A DNA stretch of 59,337 bases. It comes from Trichinella spiralis (taxonomy: Eukaryota). Positions 50,180-59,337 of this stretch are shown one piece after another. The stretch is from positions 10,214,849-10,274,185 of the forward strand of contig NW_003526943.1 in the NCBI RefSeq assembly GCF_000181795.1. Reading direction: 5' to 3'. The notes under the pieces are model-generated. The model saw only the letters and a list, made by a program, of their open reading frames with translations, made no database searches and was not told the origin of the DNA. Each line of letters opens with the position of its first letter. Within the stretch, counting starts at the first letter, position 1. The translations under genes were made by a program, and so were the position numbers.

Positions 50180-51170
50180 ATATCTGCGTTGTTTCAGTTC
50201 AAGCAAGACACAACTAATAAAAGTTACATCTAACAGCGTCAACTAATAGTTGAAATTTTTGTTAGCGTATTCGTTATCCCATGGGTACTTGATTTTCAGC
50301 ATATTCGTCCTGTGGTGATCAATTCTGTTCAATCATTTGTCAGGTTCATGATCATAGTGCTATTGGAGCTTGTTTTTCGTCTTGGAATTTATATTATTAT
50401 TAATGATTCTATTACCCATGAATGTACTTACAAACCAATTTTCGATTTCCACAACGGTTTTCAATTTTATCAATGTGCCTGCCATCTACTATGGTGAGTT
50501 TTTTTTCGAAGTTTCACGGTTGACATCGCTCTTTACAGATTCTCTGCTATGCGCTGTTTTCGATCAGTTATTTCCTGTTTTTTATCCATGATAAACTTCT
50601 CTAGATATTATATAATGTGCGAATGGCATGTCATCCACGGATATAACAAAGATTTCATGATTGTTATGGTTAGTGTTCAGTTACGAACTTTGAAATGAAT
50701 CATTCATTCATTCCAATCAGTTTTTCTGTGGTTTCAGAAATCGGTGACAAGCTCAAGATAGATGAGTCATTGTAGTACTATATCGCCGTTACCTGTAGAT
50801 GAGGCCGCTGCTGGGACTCATCGGATTTCGCTGAGTGAATCTGATATGAATAAATGTGTCATTGTTCAAGCTAAATTCCATACGTTTCCATCTCTGTCTT
50901 ACTTCGTTTACAACGGTGTTGTTCTGTTCCTGACTATGTGTTCATTGGTTGCTGGAAATAGTGTCAGCTAGGAAATATTCAGAATAACCAACTACCTCAA
51001 GCATAATACCCTCGTAAAAACAGTCTTACGGACCGCTTCTCTCAGGAATCTGATCTTCCCTCACCGAACAGCCATCTAAATATTTCGATTATTAATCGAC
51101 TATAACGGCAGTTAATCGTGCGCTGACTTTTCAGATTTGTTCAAATGTTTTAATGTTGCCCGCTTCAATT
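50180..51170 (-). mobile_element. Possible highly decayed non-LTR retrotransposon remnant
   Basis: Non-genic sequence of balanced composition with faint RTE-like fragments (e.g. IESLIII*IPRRK). Weak support. Confidence 0.22.
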
Positions 51171-51288
51171 ATCAGAGTGAGCAATTTTCAAAGCAAGAAG
51201 CACCAATTGTGAAATACAAAAAGGTTACAAGTCAACAAAATACAGAGAGAAAATATATACACGGAAAAACATAAGCTAACAACACTGT

Positions 51289-53991
51289 TCACGTCCGCTT
51301 CTTCTTTTTTTTCTTCAAACTGCCGTTGGCAACTTTTTTCAACGCTAAGCTCAACGCAGGCACAGCACCTGACGTGGTCGCCACACGCGACCTGACGCCG
51401 GAGCAACCGTTGCAATACCACGGTTCATTGGATGGTGGCTCTGTGATCACACCAGCACAATCATAATGAAACCAATTATCACAGCCATCACAGCCGACCA
51501 TGGCCACACCTTTCCGTTCACCCAAAAAACAATACGGGCAATACCAATCATCGTCCGTTGTTTCATTCGTTTCCTAATAAATAAAAAAAGAAAAAATCAT
51601 CCATGAAAAATAGCCGTTATTTAAATAAAAAGCAAAAACAAAGACTGCGTTGAATGTACCGTTTCTGTTGGCTGTTGTGGAAATCTGCCCACATTTGATA
51701 AATGGACCTGTTCCGCAGAAGCTGGCAAATTGCTACAGTAAGATGGATCCGAAGCTATTGTTCCACCGGCATCATCGACCTCCATTTCAGCTTGTAAAGA
51801 TGTTTCTTCTTGCTTCACTGAAACAACCGCTTCATCTTCACTTTGCCATTTGATGATCAACTTGGGCACTTTCATCTCTGTATGCGCTTGATTTTCTTCT
51901 TCCTCGTCCACATATTCTACGTGTCTGTTCTTTCTTTCTTTCTCTTTCTTCCTCTTTTTCTTCTCCTTCTTCTTCTTCTTCTTCTCATTCACATCGAAAT
52001 CCAAAGACAAATTTGAAATTTTGATACGCAGCTTCATGGCACCAACCGCTTCAGCAACGGATGTCGACGGAACCGCCTCGCTAATGGAAGTGACCATTGC
52101 TTCACTGTTGTCGTGGTGCTTCTTCTTCTTCTTCTTTTTCTTTTTCACCGGTTCCACATCCGGCTCGGTCATATCCATCGCCTTACGCTTCTCACTGATT
52201 GAACGTAAAGTAAGCACAACTGGCCGTCCCGGTTCGTCATGTGTCTGATCTTCCACAATGGCGAACGACTGTGATGACTGCGAACCGCTTGTCGTATCTT
52301 CTGCTGTATCTATTTCTTCACCTTCTAGTTGTTCTTTATCATCATCTGGTGTCACTGTTACTGCTGCAGTTGGTATATCCAATTTTGTTTCAGAATTTCC
52401 TGAAACTTCACTCAAAGCACTGCTAATTATTGTCTCAATTGAAGCTTCGATATTCGCACTTGAAGCCGGTAACATGAAATTTCGGTCTTGCTTCTTATTC
52501 TTCTTGTTTTTCGATTTGGACGACTTAGATTTGGAAACCACCGGCTGTAATTTTACATTCGCTTGATAATTCTTATTCTCAAAAATCTCCCTTCGTTTCT
52601 CTCTTCCATAACTTTCTTCAGTTTCTCTTCCTTCATCCAATTTTTCTTCATAATCATATTCTTCTTTTTCTGTGACTGCGCATACTTTATGCACGTTGAC
52701 TGCTGAGTGATCCACGAGACCCAAAGAGATTGCATCCATCGATTCCCAGTCAATAATATCCCGAAAACTATAACAACAAATAACATCTTGTACAAAACAA
52801 AAAGAAACAAGAAAAAAATTGAATAAATTAAATGAAAAAATTACAACAGCAACAATCCTTCTCCAGCCAATATGACTGTTAATCAAATATTTAAATCAAT
52901 GAAAATATACTTTAATCTATCCTAAAATGAAACATAATAAAACAAAACTGCATATAATTTTCTCAATCATCGAAATAAACGTCCAAAAATCAAATTATAA
53001 GAGAAAAAGTTTCAATGTTATACAAATTTTCGTATACTACATTTCACCAATACTAAGAACACTGACGTTCAATCATTTCAATCATTACTCTTTGAACACT
53101 GACAAATCAAATTTTTTTCGGTAGTTAGAAAAAAATGAAAAACATACTTTGTGCCTTTACCCGTTATGGACATTTTTAATTCTTCATCGGCAGTTTCAAT
53201 GGATTCAACCTTCACTTTCGAAACTTCAGTCTCCAGTGAAGGATCAGGCAAAGATTCAGGTATGCAAGCCAATCTTCCATCACTGTCGACACTGTCGTTT
53301 CCAAATTTCAGTTTTCTAGGACGTCTGACAGGAAAGCGTGGAATCTAAAAAACAACAACAACAATTCAATAAATTAGAAAATTACATAAATATGCATGGT
53401 TAATTTACAAATAAAATGACAATATGTCCATCGACATACTAGAATTTCCATATCGAAGCTTCTCAACAAATTAATTTTAGAAAATCCAACTAAACATTAA
53501 AATTTCAACGTTAAAGCATAGCAATAAATAATTATTATTACGGTTAACTATTACTCCAGAAAATTTGAAATTCCGAAATTATCTTTTACCGATACAACAA
53601 AAAAATGATTACTTTCAACAGCACAGAAGTGGGTTTGGTTTGAGCACAATAATCGACAATTTCGCGAAGCGAAATTCCCATCCACGAAAATGCCAAACCA
53701 ACATCTTCGAGAACAGGTTTCGTTCTTCCAGCTAAATAATATTGAATTAATTATTTTCATTATTCAAATTTTAAAAGAATGAACAAAAAAAGAAAACAAG
53801 AAAAAATTTTAGTGCTAAACTTAACCGTGAGCGGCAAACAGAGCAACAGCTTTGCACAATACTCGCATTCGTTCACTGAAAACGCGGCTTAATCCATCCA
53901 AAGCAATTGTAGAAGCTGCATGGAAGCCAATGTCGTTCATGATCAGAGCGACCACTCTCCGATCCAATTCAAAAACATAATTATTCCTCAT
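51289..53991 (-). CDS. TAF3: TFIID subunit 3 (histone-fold/BTP domain plus C-terminal PHD finger)
   Basis: N-terminus RRVVALIMNDIGFHAASTIALDGLS...HAGRTKPVLEDVGLAF, a Lys/Glu-rich middle, and a PHD finger WYCPYC...MVGCDGCDNWFHYDCAG...WYCNGC. 5 exons. Confidence 0.88.
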
Positions 53992-55083
53992 GATGCATTC
54001 AAATCTATAAAATTAAAGCTAAACACTCGTCTGATTGTGAAATATTGCAATTTCATTTCGTTACTGTTTTCATTAAACAGCTTGGCAAATACTCTCTTTA
54101 CTTATTTCGTTAAGGGCAAAACATTTCCGAGAACCAACACAAACTTCTCAAAATGCAATGTTTCAAACTGTACTTATATGCTAATTAAGTAGCATTGTAA
54201 AAAATTTGATATAACTGGTAAGTTATCACATTATTTAGATTATTAACTCAATGTTTAACTTATACTATGTTCTCGCATATTAAAATGAAGAAGTTATTAA
54301 TATTTAATAAACATTTAATTAAAATGTGTTGAGATGTTTAAAACATAAGAAAAACACTTATAAAAATATATTAAAATTAAATACTTCTGAGCAATATTAT
54401 TTTCAATTTCATTCAAATTTTTCATATTTAAGAAACTTTAAGTAGAACAATTTGCAAAAGTATGCAATTGATACAGTACGTAGATACTGTAGCTTGCCAA
54501 GTTTGCTAAATCAAGACTTCATTGCTTTTTAGTATACTGTAGTGGTTTTTTATTTTATTGCATCTTGTCATCTAAATTTTTGTGCGTATGTCAGTATTAT
54601 TCTTTTTATTCTAATAAGAAGTATCAGATAATTATTAAACGTATGCCGCGACATGTCGCATTAGTAATAAGTTTTGAAATTTTAGGTTGATTATCAAAGA
54701 TAAATGCACTTTTATTTTCTGTAATATTGCTGTGGCTGTTTTATGTTGCTATTTGTTTCCAGTGAATATAAGTATAGTGAATCTCTGTAATGATTATTAT
54801 CTGAAATTTCGTTTTTAAAGTTTAGAAACTAGTTGAGTTTTTAAATTATATGGGCTAAATTATGTTATTTACTTTAGAAGTTCGTAGAAAGTGATTTAAT
54901 TTCAAGAAATTTTGTCTAAGTTGACTGTTGAAGCATTTAATTAACAAGCAGTTTTCTTTACATAAAACTTTAAAACATTATCTGGAAAAATGTCCGCATT
55001 TATATACGAAAGTTATGTTTTATGAAGAATTCTTTAACAGTAACTTTTTGTTTTAGCGAAGTTATTACCATTAGAGGTGCATT

Positions 55084-55679
55084 ATGGTAAGAGAAAGATT
55101 TTTTAACTGTTATAGTTTATAAAATATGAATATTTTTAGCCTCCAAAAAAGGCAGCGAAACCGGGAAAAGAAGTGAAAGGAGGTAAAGCTCCAGCTAAGC
55201 AGCGTAAAGAGGGAGGCGGAGGCGGAAAAGCTAAGAAGAAGGTTCATCTCACTGATTTAGTGTTTTTGGTTATTTTTATTTTGTAATCTTTTAAATTGTT
55301 GTTACAGAAGTGGTCCAAAGGAAAAGTGCGTGATAAGTTGAACAACATGGTATTATTTGATCCGGCAACTTATGAAAAGTTATACAAAGAAGTGACCAAC
55401 TACAAACTGATTACACCATCTGTTCTCAGGTAAAAATTACTTCCTTGATTTCGTATTTTTCAACTTTTCATTTTCAGTGAACGACTGAAGATTAGAGTAT
55501 CTTTGGCTAAAGCAGCTTTGCGTGAATTACACAGTAAAGGTATCGTTAAGTTGATAACATGATCATTCAAGAAAACACAAATTGCATTTTAAGGTTTAAT
55601 TAAACAAGTGGTGAAACACAGCAGTCAACTAGTATACACCAGAACGACGAAAGAGCAAGAAGAAGCTGCTGAAGGATGA
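55084..55679 (+). CDS. RPS25: 40S ribosomal protein S25 (eS25)
   Basis: ATG-only first coding exon, then PPKK...[25 protein letters not shown]...[20 protein letters not shown]. 5 exons. Confidence 0.98.
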
Positions 55680-55856
55680 ATTATTTATACTTCTTTGTAA
55701 CTGTGTCTGGAAAATAAATAAATAACACGATTTGATCCATTCAGTTTTTGTTTAGCTTGTACTGTTATTCAGTGTTTCCGTATTTATTTATTTGTTATTG
55801 CTGCGTATTGTTTAATTTTTTTTTACATTCATGATAGACTATTTCATTTGAGAAAG

Positions 55857-58009
55857 ATGGGTTTGGAACGGTAAGAAGAAAATATGACGAAGTTCAAAGA
55901 GAAGTTGATAACTGATTGTTTTAGGTTTGACATTTATCGTAAAGTTCCGAAAGATTTAACTCAACCCACTACAACAGGTGCCGTGATATCAATTTTTTCT
56001 TTGATTTTTATCAGCTATTTATTTGTTTCTGAATTATTGCAGTTTTTGAAAGTGGAAATGTATGAACTTTGTTATATTTTTGATTTTTCAAGGGAATTCA
56101 AAAAGTCTTTTTTTGTAGAATCAGTGAAATGTTCGTAAGTAATCCTGATGTAGTTGAAGTGATTCCCGTTTTTCTCAATGCCACTCTGCTAGCGTTAGGA
56201 TGTGATTGTACGTACGTTGGGAAATAAATAAAAGCATGGCGTCAAATAGACTGTCTTCTATTATCATATTTTTCATTTTTAGATTTGGGCTTAGATATTC
56301 AGGATGAAAATGGTCGTCACGAAGTCGGTTTTATTGAAAACGTGGTTAAGCATCCAGTTCATACTGGTGGATGTAGAATAGAAGCTACATTTCGAATAAG
56401 TAAAGTAAGATGTTTGAATATTATTTAAGTATTTGCAGTATGAATGATTTTTTTGTTTGATATTGTGAAGATTTTGTTTTAATTGGTTTCCGAGATGGTG
56501 TATTATTAATATTTTTACAGTACGTATCACATTTAAACTTCATGTATAAAACACTGGTAATAAAATGTTATAATTTTTATGAATATTTCCAGTTAAATTC
56601 TTTTGATTCAGATTTGATTTTTGGAATAAAGCAAACTGGCAGTTGGTTTACTACAGTAAAATTGAAAATCAAGTATTTGCTGTATATTTTGCTTTTAAAT
56701 TCTAGTGTGCATGAGCAAGTTCTCTTTTAACAAAAATAAATTGGCATATTACTTTTCAGTAATCTTGTCTGTAGCATTTTATTTAAAAATGAAATATACT
56801 TTTGACAGACTGCAATTTGTTTAATATGCGATCTGCATATATAGTGTAGTAGCTGTACAATTCATACGTTAAATAATGAAAATAGTTTGTCGGAGATTTA
56901 CCGATTAGAAATGTAAGCTGGTAGAAGCCGTTGTGTAAATATTGCACTTTATATAAAATAAAAATATATATTGAAATGAACATGAATAAATTGAATAAAT
57001 ATTTATTAAAAATTTTCCTAAATAATATGTTTAGACGCACGAGCAAATCTATATAATATTTGCGTTAATGTATTTACGCATGTGTTGAGTGTAATTTTCG
57101 TTTTGAATTTTAATAGTTTTTGTTTAAAATATTTTTTCCTGATGTGACTAATCTAGGTACCGGGCAATTTTCATCTTTCTACTCACTCCGCAAAAATTCA
57201 ACCTGTATTCGTAGACTTACGACATGTGATTCATGGTGTCAGGTTTGGCGATGACGTTATGGTGCATCTTTTTGTTATGCTTTTTATACATAATATTAAA
57301 TTTCTTGTTGATTTAGGAATACAATCTACCAGGAAATTTTAATCCATTGATGAACGCAGAGGTGTTAGATTCACCCGTGGATAATTGTAAGTGTGTTTCA
57401 TATGTAGTTTTATTTTATTTTCTACATTTGTGTAAAAGATGATTCAGTTTGAATGCACTCAGTGGAAAGAAGAAATTTTTTCTTTTTAGTCCCTTTCTCG
57501 TATGATTATATATTGAAAATTGTCCCTACAGTTTACGAGAATATTGCTGGGAACATGAAGCATGCGTATCAGTATACATATGCACGTAAAGTAAGTCAAT
57601 TTGCTTTTATCTTTCTCTTTCACTTTTTGAGAATTGTTTTAAAACTTTTTATATTTATAATCTGTTTTGTGATATAATGGTAGCACATGAATTTAGATTT
57701 CCTTTTACAGACTTACATAGAAATGTCTTTTACTGGTCAGACAAATCCAACGTTGTGGTTTCGATACGATTTCACTCCAATCACTGTGAAGTACCACGAA
57801 CGGCGTCAACCGTTATACATTTTCTTAACTTCTGTATGCTGTTTATGTTTTATTTGAAATTTTGTATTTTAATTTTGTTTCAGTGGTTTTTTAATTATTA
57901 GATATGCGCTATTATTGGTGGAACTTTCACTGTGGCTGGTTTGATTGATTCGTTCTTTTTTACCGCATCTCAGTTGTACAAGAAAGTTGAATTGGGCAAG
58001 ATTAGTTGA
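55857..58009 (+). CDS. ERGIC1: ER-Golgi intermediate compartment protein 1 (ERGIC-32)
   Basis: RFDIYRKVPKDLTQPTTTGA, GLDIQDENGRHEVG, KVPGNFHLSTH, YILKIVPTVYE, WFRYDFTPITVKY, CAIIGGTFTVAG, KKVELGKIS*. Confidence 0.95.
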
Positions 58010-59134
58010 TTCAGTTGGCATACAGAGCTAGAGAAAAAGTTATAAAAATAGTCATGAAACTGACATTGTCATAATACTGCTTTACTTGTACTTGATTTGT
58101 TTATTTACTGTTTATAGTGTTTCTGTTTTTTGGCTTTAACATTTAAAGAAGTATTAAACATTGTTGTTTTTTAAATCAGAATTCCTTATATGTAGTGCTT
58201 GAAGAGTAAGTAGGTGGATTTGTTGTTCATTGTCTTGTTGAATAGTTTTGGGGCAGCAGTTTTTGATTTAAACAGTTCTGTCTGCATTTTATTTCAAATT
58301 TTATTACCTTATATATATGTGTGTGTGTGTATATATCTTTTTTTTGAATTTCATTCAAAGCTTTTTTGTTGATTTTTTAAATAAAATGATTCACAAATTG
58401 CAGTTTGTGAATTTTGATGAATATGTTCATTTTCATTTCTTTAACCAGGTTTTAACGCAGTGATATATATTATGATAGGAGTGGTAATGGAAGAAGATGA
58501 AGAAGAAGACAAATGGAAGAAGTGTGAAGAATTTAAAAGCAGCAAACTTCAAATTGAATACTTTGTTTGTTGAAAATTATTTATTGAGAAAGAAAAATTG
58601 AATTGTTGACTCCAGTCCAACTTGATCGAGTAAATTCGCGTAAAATGATGAATGAACGTTACCTTGCTGTTGATAAAAGATTGTTAGTGAACGTAAATGA
58701 ATTAGTTCGTTGTTCAATAGTTTAAAAAGTTGGTTTGTAATTTCAAAAATTATTAACTGGGGGGAAATTTAAATTGTTGTTTTGTTTTATATTTATCACT
58801 TTGGATAATATTTCCAATGCTAATGGCAGATTAGTGTGGATTTGAGAGTGAAAATTTTCAAAATGAAATTTGCCATATATTTTCAAATTTGAAAGTCATA
58901 AACAATGTTCAGGTTCTGCCATGCTACGGTATTTGATGCGATTACGTAGTAGTACCGTAGGACGTATCGACCTTCGCGAAACGCATCGGCACTTTTCAAG
59001 TGCATTCGCGCCGTTTTGACACACGAGTGCGCGCTCGCTTGTGTTACGGCCAGTTGAACGTTTGAAAAAATAAACAAATAAACAAATAAATAAACAACCG
59101 AATTTGTCGTTTTCTTGATTTTGGTAAATCAGTG

Positions 59135-59288
59135 ATGGTTTTGAAACCTTTGGAATTTGCCGACTGCGTCACCGACAGCCCCTGGTTTAGAGCGAATTTG
59201 CGTGAACACGAGCTCGCCTTGGAACGCTCATACAAATCCATCAAACTGCTCGAAAGCCAAAGCAAAGAACTAATCTCGGCAGGACAAA
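59135..59288 (+). CDS. First exon of a GRAF/oligophrenin-family BAR-PH-RhoGAP (continues beyond the window)
   Basis: MVLKPLEFADCVTDSPWFRANLREHELALERSYKSIK matches the N-terminal BAR motif of ARHGAP26/10/42/OPHN1. Donor gtaag at 59289. Confidence 0.88.
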
Positions 59289-59337
59289 GTAAGCAAGCCG
59301 AATGTAGATATATATATTTTTTTGTTGAAACAAAAAT

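Noticed and set aside
55593..55613. ggtttaattaaacaagt resembles the SL1 leader GGTTTAATTACCCAAGT
   Set aside because: It is the RPS25 acceptor and coding sequence (GLIKQV); there is no donor or Sm site as an SL RNA gene would need.
8798..59288. U12-type introns (RTATCCTT donors)
   Set aside because: None of the intron donors I assigned match the minor-spliceosome consensus. This was a manual scan and not exhaustive.

Overview
Eukaryotic, AT-rich genomic DNA with short GT-AG introns. It is most likely a clade I nematode of the genus Trichinella; this is inferred from a p43/plancitoxin-type DNase II gene and the transposon families, not confirmed. No prokaryotic features, rRNA, tRNA or CRISPR were found. 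About 16 protein-coding loci were assembled by hand: ZC3H10-like, a probable TSEN15-like gene, PUF60, a 7TM receptor, an orphan with possible winged-helix repeats, PCBD, an Ig-superfamily adhesion receptor, V-ATPase F, VMAT, a large coiled-coil protein, a DC-STAMP/SPE-42-family sperm protein, a non-canonical DNase II, a small orphan membrane protein, TAF3, RPS25, ERGIC1, plus the first exon of a GRAF/oligophrenin RhoGAP. Mobile DNA comprises a scrambled, nested Ty3/gypsy element (2517-6654), solo LTRs, a hAT deletion derivative, BEL/Pao remnants and a 10-N assembly gap. The most notable observation is that the Ig receptor appears to encode three alternative cytoplasmic tails from one splice donor, each ending in a different Val-terminated PDZ-type motif and only one carrying ITIM-like tyrosines. 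I saw no evidence for a wholly new multi-gene system. All family assignments come from motif recognition, without database searches.
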